Source: Oopsacas minuta (taxonomy: Eukaryota; Animalia; Porifera). From it: DNA of 64,000 nucleotides. The stretch is taken from NCBI GenBank assembly GCA_024704765.1, contig JAKMXF010000321.1:1-64000 (forward strand). Direction: 5' to 3'. The notes beneath the pieces were generated by a model. It had not been told where the DNA came from. It searched no databases and saw only the letters and a program-made list of their open reading frames with translations. Positions 52,218 through 64,000 of the stretch are shown piece after piece (positions within the stretch are counted from its first letter, which is position 1; each line of letters starts with the position of its first letter). Both the position numbers and the translations under genes were made by a program.

Positions 52218-55200
52218 GATTTTTGGTGATAAAATCTCTGATAATATCAAAACAAACAATGTACAAGTCCTAAAAAAACAAGAAAATTTGTAATAATAAT
52301 TATCAAGTATAATTTGCAATTTTGCTATCTGTCTAATCAATCCATTTTCATGTTACATCATAAAAACTATTCCATAGCAACAGCAATGCACTTAGTAATG
52401 TAATAAATGTATAATTTTCCTGATTTCTAATAATTGCAATTACATCACATACCTACCACTTACATAATGCATCCTACATACAATACACTCTCGCTAATCC
52501 GAACTGCACTGCTCCAGTTAGATTAGCAAGATACTGGAGTACAATTTTTCTAAAGTTGCATACTTGCCAGCTGGCCCATATTTGGCGAAACATCCAGTTT
52601 GTCAGACATGTGTTGGGGGCTAATGATGCTAATGTCCCACCAAAACTTGTCGTACAGTATAATACAAATATGCTAAGTCCCGTAATGTTCCGCTAAATTC
52701 GTACCTTAAGTCACGCGTTTATCCCAACTCAAATGGCAAGCATGAGTTGTACAAAAGATGAAAAGACTGCCAACATGTGTGTATTATGTATTTGTCCACA
52801 GGATAATTGGCTAGAATAAGGTCTTTATGGACATTCTAAAGATTTTCCAAGGTTTTATGCTCTGTTCGGATTAGTTAGGGTCTACTGTATTGACACCGCA
52901 TTGGTATTACTACAATCGACGTATAGCACGTATTATTATACAACTTACAACAGGTGATACCATTTTCTCTCTCCCTCTCCTCATAGACTTTACAATATGA
53001 AATATATCAACTTTATCCTCCTCATTTATCTCTCGTATCCCCAGACAACACGCCATGAGTACTCCTGTCTTACCAACACCGTCCCAGCAATGTACTATAA
53101 TCGGAGTATGCTGTGCTTTCTGTTTGACCTCCAAAATAGTCTCACATATGGTTATTATCGGCTGGGAGTTAGTGGGTGTATTGTTGTCCAAGAAGCTAAG
53201 ACATATGTACTGGACAAAGGTATGTGTTCTCTTCTCCGAATGATTTGTTATTTTTATCCTATTACGGATAACACCAGCTAGATTAGCAGTATGAAGGGTC
53301 TCAATGCTATACATCCCAAAGCCCTGTTTCTCATCACTCCAGTAGCAAACAGACCCATCGAGACCTGTCTCTAGGAGAGCGTACTCGTCATCTGTAGCCA
53401 AGAGAATCACCAGCTGTGCGGAACATTGATACACCATCTGGATGAATTCCAGAATAGTCTCTCTAACCGGATGAATAGTAGCGATAAAATATTGAGAATC
53501 CTTATCTCCATCTACATAACTAGCGTTTATATAATCTCCAGCTTCCCAGAACTCAGAGAATAACTCCACCCTTGTATCATCATACGGTAACACGTTAGGG
53601 ATCGTATTCTTAGACTTGTTAATGGGATTAAGAGCGTCCTCCTGTGACCTGAAGTAAGTCTTCTCGACCTGATAATGCAACTCAGTGAACTGTTGATGGT
53701 AAATAGACTTGTAGCTGTATTCTTTCAACGAATCCACATAAGTCTTAACTGCTTCAGAGAACTCACTAGCCTTCAGAGAGGTGTTACCGTGAATTAGTTC
53801 CAGTACCAGTAGATACACAAACTTATACTCATCGAGTGTTTGCAGTACATACATTCGCTCGTCCAATAAATTCAATACTGTGTCAAACACAGAGAATGGA
53901 ATACTCTTGTCAATCATCTCCATCAGGGTGTAGCTTGCAAGGAACAGCCCTGTCTGACCACTTCCAGTGACACTATAAACCATTACAGGGGTATTATCCG
54001 GTATCATCTGGTTTTTGAAACTCTTCATAAACTTCACGAACTCTTGGTGGAATCTGGGAACACCTGTACGTGACAGCCACTGCTTGAAGTGTCCATGCAC
54101 CACGTGTTGAATATTACCTAGCCCGTTGATAATTTTAAATCTGCTAAATGTGTAACTGGCGCCTATTTCCTCACCCTCAAAAGCTACCTTCAGCTTACCG
54201 AACTCTTTCATGGGATTTTTATCCGATGGTAGATTGACTTGTTGTACAGCTGGTACGAGCATAACTATATTACTGATATTCTGCTCAGCAACTAACTGCC
54301 AGAATTCATTCACTGTATTATCCATAGGTGCCTGTGCCACTATGAACAGCTGATCGATATTAGGTACTCGTATTAAAGATGCATTAATATAATCAGATGG
54401 TTTAATTGACATACTTTGACGTAATTTAATCCTGTTATGGTCATATGGCACGAGTTTGAAATCTTTGTTCTTTTGAATTTCACTGTGAAGATTTGCTACA
54501 TTGGACATATGGCGCATTTTTGAGGTGTCTAGGGCATCGAATTCCTCTCTAAGCTCGACACAATCCATCGCCCAAAGGGTGTCGAGGTGTTTCTTAAAAT
54601 GTTCCGGTAATATTTTGCGTTTATACTGATCCAAACCTGCACCAAATGTTGTCGTTACTTCGATTGGTTCCGCTAGTGAACTTTGTATAATCCTCTGGTA
54701 ATTAAATCTTCTACCCGTAATGCTGTCCTCTTCCACATAATCACCTAACACCTCTGCCTTCCTGTACCCCATGTTCTTCCTCTTGTTACCTCTGCAACAA
54801 CAACAACAACAACAAACAATACAACAACAGAGTAGGATCAATACTATGCATACAGCTACACATACAAACACCACTATGATGAATCCTAATTCATTAATCA
54901 GCTGGGCTATAGGATTACTGGTAGAGGTATCTGGTGGTTTAGTGGCAGAAGTTGATGGCACTGTTGGAGTGGTGGACATGGGTATTGAGGTGCTAGATTG
55001 TGGCACAGTATTATAAAGTGACATGGATGAGGACATACTTGTACTTGGCATTGAGCTGCTAGAAGTTGGCATGCTGCTAGAAAGTGGTATACTGCTAGAA
55101 AGTGGCATACTGCTAGAAGTTGGCATACTGCTAGAAAGTGGTATACTGCTAGAAAGTGGCATACTGCTAGAAAGTGGCATACTGCTAGAAAGTGGCATAC

Positions 55201-56243
55201 TGCTAGAAGTTGGCATACTGCTAGAAAATGGCATACTACTAGAAAGTGGCATACTACTAGAAAGTGGCATACTACTGGAAAGTGGCATGCTGCTAGAAAG
55301 TGACATACTGCTAGAAGGTGGCATACTACTAGAAAGTGTCATACTACTTGAAAGTGGCATACTGCTAGAAGTTGGCATACTACTAGAAAGTGGCATACTA
55401 CTAGAAAGTGGTATACTACTGGAAAGTGGCATGCTGCTAGAAAGTGACATACTGCTAGAAGTTGGCATACTACTAGAAAGTGGCATACTACTAGAAAGTG
55501 GCATACTACTGGAAAGTGGCATATTGCTAGAAAGTGACATACTGCTAGAAGTTGGCATACTACTAGGAAGTGACATACTACTAGAAAGTGGCATACTACT
55601 GGAAAGTGGCATGCTGCTAGAAAGTGACATACTGCTAGAAGTTGGCATACTGCTAGAAAGTGGCATACTACTAGAAAGTGTCATACTACTAGAAAGTGGC
55701 ATACTACTGGAAAGTGGCATATTGCTAGAAGATGGCATACTGCTAGAAAGTGGCATATTGCTAGAAGGTGGCATGCTGCTAGAAAGTGGCATACTGCTGG
55801 AAAGTGGCATACTGCTAGAAAGTGGCATACTGCTAGAAAGTGGTATGCTACTAGAAAGTGGCATACTGCTAGAAAGTGGTATGCTACTAGAAAGTGGCAT
55901 GCTGCTAAAGAATGGTATGGGGGACACACTTGTCCCTGGTATTGATGTGGCATTAGGTGTCGTAGAAGACATAAAACTACTGGTTTGTATTATAGTGCTA
56001 GATGACATAATTGGCACAGGTGTAAACGACACAATTTGTGTCATACTTGATGAATCCTGAATTCCAATCGCAGATGACTGTTGTTGGGGTAAACTTGAAC
56101 TCGTAGGAGATTCTAAATATAAACAATTTAAGAATAAAACAGCCCAAAAGATGGAATTAACTCATAAACTAACCAGAAGTAATCTGTCCATGTAAACTGA
56201 CACAGAAGATAGCACAGAAAATTGACACATAAACAATATTCAT
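52141..56243 (-). CDS. Receptor-type PTP E: signal exon 56243-56174, (SSSMPL)n stalk, TM with Cys string, catalytically dead D1, degenerate D2; last exon 52269-52141 ending TTKV*
   Basis: Signal MNIVYVSIFCAIFCVSLHG. D1 motif is YSVTGSGQ with no WPD. D2 is HCWDGVGK. The 129-nt last exon is in frame. Confidence 0.88.
52559..52744. mobile_element. 186-bp MITE-like element in the last intron of RPTP E
   Basis: 11-bp TIRs CATACTTGCCA / TGGCAAGCATG (1 mismatch), flanked by the direct repeat AGTTG on both sides. Confidence 0.6.
55040..55910 (-). repeat. 18-bp coding minisatellite, about 47 units, encoding (P/S/T)LSSS(M/I)
   Basis: CTAGAAAGTGGCATAC(T/A) is iterated on the plus strand. Confidence 0.97.
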
Positions 56244-56785
56244 ATTTACAAAATAGCATATTGAAGTATTCTCAGCTCTTTATAACTCTCCTACATTCAA
56301 TCTTACCACACAAACCACTAACTGCAATCTATCTCTATATAAAGCTATATTGACTCAAACAGACAAAAGGTTTAGTCTAATTTTGCAAGAAATGAGTCGA
56401 GGAAAACAGTCAAATCGGGTGACAACCAGTCAACAATCAAATCACTATGTCTGTCAGGTAATCTATACTTTAGTTAATCTAATTACGTCAATTTGTAAGA
56501 GTTTATCATATTAAAATACACTTTAAGAGTTCCCGGAATAAATTAGTGTATTTGGAATTTAGAGAAATAGGTCTAGCAACTTTTGGGAAATTTTGAAGCT
56601 TCTGGCACTGAATTTATAGTTTGTAATTTGTTTGCAAGTTTATTTGTATATTAACAACTCTATGATTTGTAAACAATAACAACACTCAAATGTTGTCTAT
56701 AAATAATTGCTAGGTTCAGCGCCTTTCCTGCAAATATTAATATTTAGTTGTTGTATAGAAAAACGGCCATAAGGTCTTACAAGGA

Positions 56786-59700
56786 ATGAATTCATCTGAC
56801 CAACCTGTCTCCATTTCATCAAGCAGTTACCATAGCAACAACAGACATTCCATCAATATCCAATCAGCAATATTTTCATGTAATATTTGTGGAGAATTCC
56901 AATCAGAACCAAAGCTCTTATCCTGCCTGCACAGCTTCTGTAAAGTATGTCTCCCAGTGTGTGTAAATGAAGACGGTAAGCATATAGTATGTCCAACCTG
57001 CCAAGAGGTAACAAGGATTAATTCTGACAAGGGACTGGATGGAATTCCTAAAAATACTCTGATAGAGGAGACATTGACTTACTGGCTTAAACAGAGAGAG
57101 ATAGAGCAGAAACAGGTACAGTGACTTAATTATTATGTACTACTTTACTCATTTATTATTCCATTGGAGACACCATTTGACACCTCTGGCAAATATTAGT
57201 GTTCCAATTTTGAAATTAGCAACTTTAGTTCCAATCATAGTTTCGGTAATATTAACTATTAAAATACTAAAATACATATTTTAGCTCTCTTTTCATTCAT
57301 AAATATTTACTCCTATTACCTATATTATAATTCCAATACAATTCATTGGTCTTTTGAGATTAGCGAGGGTCTACTATAATCAAATTAACGTATAACACCT
57401 CGATAAACATCCTTACATTCTTGTAATTAAATATTAATTGAATGCAACAACAAAACAACAAAGAATTATCAATTCAGTGTCAAAACTGTCCAAATATCAA
57501 ATTACAAATTAGAAATTAGAAATGTAGGTCTAACTTCATCTTTTGTAATGTATAATCAACATTCCATTAAGTATAACCGTATCTAGGTTACGAATATGAA
57601 TGTGTTATATGCCAGCTGATTAATCAATTAATGGAGATTTCTCTGCTGGGTTAGATAAGAACTAACATCAAAGTTAGTATCAGTTTCAATACACATCAGG
57701 AGTATCATATTTATGTCATAAGACGAATTATAAGAATATAACGCGAGGTTCATTAGGACACATTTGTTTCATTCAATAGATGGGCAGTATATAGTTACGC
57801 TTCAAAGAGTTTGGAATGTAATGTGCAGAACTCTTTATGTTACAGAAAAGGGGGACATAGAGAGGGTAATGATATCAGAAATACCCATAATCTAGTTATA
57901 TAGAATACTGATTATAGAAATACCCGCTTATATAGAAGTGTCAAATTATACAAATAAGGTCTCAAACCGTCAAAGTAGCATATCTTCCATCGGGTATATC
58001 GAAGTAATTATCGCGGTCTCTTGAGAATCGATATGACAGGAGTTTAGTGTATACAAATGCTATAATTAGAATTATATATGACAGGTAATAGCATGTGATA
58101 TATGTCGCACACAAAAGGCGAAGAGAGCAGAATTCTATTGTCTGGAATGTGTGAAATTCATGTGCAGCTATCATGTGGATAGACATGGAGAATTCTTCCC
58201 AGAGAGTCACAGAGTAATGAAGAACAGTGAACTCAAATCTCTGGACTTCGGTCAACTTAAGAAAGAAGAGGAACCTAGCTTCTGTCCTGTAGGACTCCAT
58301 CAAAAGAAAAGATTAGAATTCTACTGCAGTACTTGTCAGCAGTCTGTATGTAATGTGTGTATAACACTATCACACTCTGATCATGAGTTGGAGTATATAT
58401 ACCAAGAGGCAAGGAAAAGGAAGGATAGGTGAGTGATTTATTCATATTTGTGAGTGTAGATTTAAGGAATAGCGGAACATTGAGGGCGAATGCATACTCT
58501 CAGGAATTATGCCTTCATAAATTTCCACCCATTTTCATTGCCAAACGCCAGAAATATCTCAAAAAATATTGTTTCCTGGATTTTCAAATTTCCCCTGAAT
58601 ATGAAGCGAAAATATAATCTTCAAAGATAGTTCCAATTGCAATTGCAAAGTTAAAACTACTTTTCGAATAACAGAGTTAAGGGGACTAATATTGGAGGTC
58701 ACGTTCTTTCACTTTTTCCAAAAGCATCCAGATGTAATAATCAAATTATCATATATACACTATCTCTATTTATTAGGGAATAACAACCTGACTATAATAT
58801 GTACATCATCTTGACACCTCTGTGACATTACTCTAGTCTAGTTGCGATAATTTATTGCTGTGTATATGATTAAGCGGTTACACAGCCAGGTTACAGGAAT
58901 GGAGCGAAGGTATTTTAGTGCATAAAAGCTGTGTAAAGCTTTGTTTCAAACAAAATAATTAATATTGTAAACTCCAAAAATGCTGAATAGAATTTCCTAA
59001 AATTATCTTTGAGAGATATTTGCGATTCTTTCAACAAAATTAATTATTCAATTAATAAATATTGCGAATACACTTTGAAGTGATACCTAAGCATGATGGC
59101 ACCGATTATATGGAAAGCACAAACCAATGGACAGAAGTTTGCTGAGATATGATTATTCAAATTTATTGAAACCTCCAAAATATCTGTTGACTCAAGATAA
59201 ATATTAAAGAATGTAAATACAAATTTATTTATGTAAACATCATGCAAATTAACAACAAGCTTATGTGTAATTAACTCAAATATGCTGTATATTATAAGAT
59301 TTAATCATGCACAGCACTTGTTTAGAGATATTGCGGGGCTCCCCAGGATCAATTGTACCATAGGAGAAGGGGTTTGAGGGTGAAAAGGTTGGGTAACTCT
59401 GAATTATAGAAATAGAATATATTCCTTTAGTAAAATTCCTAATTCACTGTTTGTATCTAAGGAAACACACTTCACACTTGTATAATACCGCCGTAGACAA
59501 GTTTTGAAAGTGGGTGTGACCTGTTGGGGCTTATTCTCCAGCATTGTAATTGGTACATAGCATAATGATACTGCTAGCCATTAGCAAAAATTATTAATAT
59601 CTCATTAAAATCAATAGCGTATATAGGATGACATAACACGTGTGTTAGTACACAGCACCTGACTGATATCAGGTATGAAGATATAGAATTACTATTAATG

Positions 59701-62700
59701 GCTCTTGTAGAGAATTTCTAAAGTGTCCAATCTCCGTCAGACATTGAAAATGCTGAATTACACTTTTAGTATTATTAAGTTCATGGTTACATAACCAATG
59801 ATACTCTGTTACTTATAGGGCATTATATCCTCTACCTGTTATACATTCTGTGTGCAGACTAGCGTTTCCTATAGCGGATGACTACAGAGTAATAACTAAT
59901 GTCTAACCATATATGTCGTTATTTTTGTATTGTCCTTTGCGCTCCACGGAGGTCTTACGTCAGGGCAGTGAACTGGCAAATCGGGTCGTTATCAGACACT
60001 AAACACTCTTCAATTGACTAGATGAAATTAGAATCTCAGGGAATACACTTCACACCTGCCACTATAAACAATCCTACAATGAATTTCTATTTGTTTAGTT
60101 TACGTAACAGACTGAATGACATAACGGAACTACAGATGGAATATGACAGGAATATGACAGTAGTTAGGAAGCAGCAGGATTACTTGTCAGAGATGGGAGA
60201 TAATGTTGTTAACAATATTAACAACTATTTTCAAGAGGTGAGGATTAGTATTGTTGTTATTTAGATAACTCTAAAATGTGGTAACCACCTAACAGCCATC
60301 ATTGCCAGTTGGCGACAAGTTTTAGGGGAACTAAATCAAATATGAGGGCAGGCAGTATACGAAATAGCTGTCACCTCAATGCAAAATGCAAATGAATAGT
60401 CTCCACCTCGAAACCTGGGGGTCCATACCCTCTATGCACCTAAACTTGATGCATGTGTGCACAGGACCAGTGGAACAGGTCAGACAATTACAGTGCCACT
60501 TAGATTCTGCTTCCATCATGTCCTCTGTATGCAAACAAGAACTGGGGAAGTTTTATTTTAGCAGGATATGCGTTGGAAATAAATGTGTCTGTGTGTTAAT
60601 TAGAACAAAGAATGATAAGTGGATCTCAACTGGTCTGGCTCAAAATATCAACTTTATACGAATTTATTAATTATAGCTCTGCTCAGCTCTAAATTATTCT
60701 GAGAATCCTTCCTGCAAATAGTCACAAATATTATTAGAAGAACTCACAACCAAAATATTTATGTTGTCATATATCTTATTCATAGCAACGCTGTGACCTC
60801 AAAGGAATGTCACCGCCTAGTGGATATAAACTTCTGCCCATTTTAATAAAGTTAATTGTAAAAACAAGAGTCAAGTTACTAACCAATTCTTGAGTCATAT
60901 ATTCTTCATAGCAACGTATTGGTTACAATGGTATGTGTATGTTACAGAAAGTTATGCTGTATGTTACTCAGAATTGTGACTTTAATTATATTGCATTAAT
61001 GTACTGGATAAATGTGCTGATACAGTTCTGCTTAATTGTGCCACATTTGTCAGGTGGCATACCGACACAATTGACAAACGATATTTCTGCAATTACATCT
61101 CTGTTCTGAAAATGGGTCGATCAAGTGGATTCGATTAGCATTTAATCCATTAATAACTCATAGCTATTTCTTCGTTGTTACTGTGCCGACCATCTCTTAT
61201 CACTATTATTGGAGGCACTATAAGCAGTAAATGTAACCACAATAGTCAGTGGCGTATCCATGGGGGGATTTGGGTGTTCAAACACCCCCCCCTCATAACT
61301 TGTTTCCAAAAGGGAAAGGTTGTTATTTACAATTCGATTTTCCTTAATATATTTACAGAATGCTATCCAATTAACACAATTATTTATCAACGAGTTTTCC
61401 AGACGACATCCCTAAAGATTCCAGACGACTAACGTATTAGCAGATCAAAAATTGTATTCCCTAAATAGTATACATCAAATTATCCAACAACATTATCATG
61501 TTATCTAACACCTAAACACTTAAACATCTAAACAACTTTATTACAAATGCACAATATTACGCTCCTCCTGCTATGTGATAAGAATAGCTGTACATCGATG
61601 TTTGAGCGTCTAAGATTCAAAAATTTTCCCCACACCCCGCCACTGCACATATCGAGCCTCATATTAATAGTGCCACTTCAATATTATTATTTCATATTTA
61701 CTATGCTGTCTGCACAGATAATAATTAGAATTTGTTTATTATTATTATTATTGTTTTTGTTGTTCAGGTCATCAATGCACTGGAAGACCGCAGGAAGTCC
61801 CTTAGTATAATAGTAGAGAAAATCCTTAACCAACGAAAATTATCCCTCAACAACCAATCTCTCGACCTACAGGCCCGAGCAGAAACCATCTCATACTGTC
61901 GATCTGTTATCGATATGTTTATACAGCAATGTCCCTCTACTCCCTTCATGCAGGTAGAACCAATGTTAATACACCGGCTGGATAATATACAGAAGAAGAT
62001 GAGTATTGATACCATACGTCCCATTAAGGAGTTACACTTTCTAGTAAATAAACAGTTCCCAGAGGCTATAACACAATGTGGAATGTTAACAGAAGTACAC
62101 CCTCAGTCCTGTGGTATCACTACTGCTAATAGTCTTAGACTGCTGACTAATGATCCTACAGAGTTTGTGATACATACCAAGAACTCACAAGGTTGTTAGG
62201 GTTAAATATTTATACATTTAATTAATTGCTAATAGGGGAACACCGCTGATATTTACCGAGGGTAGGGGTATACAGGAGCCCTCATTATCTCCCGTTATTG
62301 TCTATATTTGTAGGAGAGACAATCTACGAGGACTACACCCAGGTAGAGAGCAAGATCAGCGGTCCTACACGCATTAAACCAGTAACACAAGACAACAAAG
62401 ACGGTACATACACCGTCCAATTCACACCTGACATTATAGGAAAATATTCAGTAACTGTTACAGTCAATGGAGAAGTTATTCCACAGTGTCCTATGCTTAT
62501 GATTGTGTCACGGAACTATTACGAGATAAGTACACCTCTTATACGTGTTAGTGCCACTAAACAGACAGACAAGGGGCCTTATGAGGCGGTATGTGGGGTA
62601 GCATGTGACGCTAATGGGAACTTGTACGTAGCAGTCCCTGGTAACAAATGTGCAAAGGTATTTAGCCCAAATGGGAAATTCCTCTACCAAATAGGTAAAG

Positions 62701-63347
62701 ACAAGCACGATATACGTCCGTACGGTGTAGCCGTCTGCAGGAAAGGACGCGTGTATGTAACGGATCAACAGAAAAACTGTCTAGCAATATTCGATAATGA
62801 CGGAGACCTGCTTAATTGTGTTAAAGCAACCCAGAAGGGATACCCAGAGCTGAATAAACCCCTGGGGGTGTGTGTCAATCACGTAGGAGAGATCCTAGTA
62901 GCTGATTCAGGGAATAACAGAATAGTTGTATTTGACAGTGACGGATTAGCAAGGAGACAGATAGGGACAGGGGATGTGTTAACTGCTCCCCATGACGTAG
63001 CGACTAACTCTCTAAACCAGATAATTGTCCTAGACAAGGGACAGTTCCGTATAAGTGTATTTGACCCCAAGGGAGAGTTCCTATTCACAATGATACCAGG
63101 AGGTCGTAATGAGGGTTCAATTGGTAAGGGAAGGTTCATCGGGGTCGATAAGGCTGACAACATTCTAGTAACAGACTCATCGACTAACAGCATTAAGATA
63201 TTCTGTATGGATGGTTTATTCTTTGGACAACTGTACTCTCCCAGCGATGAGACCGACCAATTGTCCAAGCCCCTTGGTATAACCGTCAATTCAGAGGGCA
63301 AGATTGTGGTTAGCTATTCGGGGAGCACACGGATAAGCCTATTTTAG
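56786..63347 (+). CDS. TRIM-NHL protein (RING, two B-boxes, coiled coil, filamin repeat, NHL repeats; TRIM71/lin-41-like architecture)
   Basis: CNIC..LLSCLHSFCKVC..CPTC; CDIC..FYCLECVKFMC..H; FCPVGLH..FYCSTC..CNVC..HSDH; DNKDGTYTVQFTP; repeated PxGVAV/PHDVA NHL blades. Confidence 0.9.
61247..61645. mobile_element. Possible non-autonomous DNA transposon remnant in a TRIM-NHL intron
   Basis: CAGTGGCGTATCCATGGGGGG at 61247 and CGCCACTG ending at 61645 (8-bp TIR match). No TSD seen. Confidence 0.3.
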
Positions 63348-63592
63348 ATTTTAATAATTTGTATATTTGTATATTGTTTATATTGAATCTTTTATAAATA
63401 TGAATTCCAATCAACTATCTTCGTAACCAGAGAAATATAAGATCATACACACTATGGATCTGGTCAGAAAATCTGTCTCCGTTTCCATAGTTACCTCGTT
63501 GGTACAGTGGATAATCTGTAGAATATTTAATCCAATAACAAACAATAACAAAAGACAAATAAAACCATATACACCTAAGCTAATAAAATTAA

Positions 63593-64000
63593 TTAACACA
63601 AGAATCTCTTCTTCCCTTCATCTCCCAAATTTCTTCCTTTAGTCTCAAACGGAAGTAAGAAACTAGCAACAGCTGATGCAATAGCTACACCAGCGTATAC
63701 AAATATTGTAGCATAGAAGTTCTCTTTCAGCAGTACAGTTGCTATGAAGGGCGTTATAATAGCCCCTACTCTTGCCATTGTGCTACAAAGCGCGAGAGCT
63801 GAAGCCCGTATTCGAGTGGGGTAGGCCTCTGGGGTGTATACATAGGCTGCTTGGAATGCACCCGTAATACAGCCCCTGATAGCAAATAAGAACACAGTCT
63901 TAATAATCTTATCATTAAACCCGGTACATAATAATAACAGGAAGTAGAAAACAGCTGATAACCCGAATTCTGACGTCATCGTTAACTTCCTGCCTATCAG
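63593..64000 (-). CDS. SVOP: 3' part of an SVOP-like MFS transporter (gene continues beyond the window)
   Basis: GAFQAAYVYTPEAYPTRIRASALALCSTMARVGAIITPFIA..FLLPFETKGRNL matches the SVOP C-terminal half. Confidence 0.85.
   Translation of the reverse strand: MIGRKLTMTSEFGLSAVFYFLLLLCTGFNDKIIKTVFLFAIRGCITGAFQAAYVYTPEAYPTRIRASALALCSTMARVGAIITPFIATVLLKENFYATIFVYAGVAIASAVASFLLPFETKGRNLGDEGKKRFLC

Overview
This is AT-rich, very gene-dense eukaryotic (animal) DNA with introns mostly about 50-60 bp. The architecture resembles a compact non-bilaterian genome such as a glass sponge, but that is inference only. The window opens in a 338-bp satellite. A tightly packed minus-strand run follows (SRPK, RPL27, a beta-propeller-like ORF, TMEM208, NOP16). 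Next is a PH-domain gene whose 3.66-kb first intron contains a complete antisense 7-Ig PTK7-like pseudokinase gene. Then come two cAMP-receptor-like 7TM paralogs, EEA1-like, a multi-PTB adaptor, a truncated hexosaminidase-N-domain/mucin gene, M6PR/ATG27-like, RFC5, a CDK5-activator p35-like gene and cyclin A. A tandem array of five receptor-type tyrosine phosphatase (RPTP) genes follows: three with an intact D1 catalytic motif and two lacking it. The window ends with a TRIM-NHL gene and the 3' end of an SVOP-like transporter. Most notable: (1) coding exons are saturated with palindromic transcription-factor-like words (CCAATCAGCTGATTGG/CAGCTG, TGACGTCA, GGCGCC, RFX X-boxes); (2) genes are packed operon-style with splice-acceptor-like AGs just before ATGs; (3) the RPTP array mixes active, decoy and lipid-anchored forms, with frameshifts confined to its Ig exons. 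Exon boundaries and motif counts were derived by eye and need confirmation.
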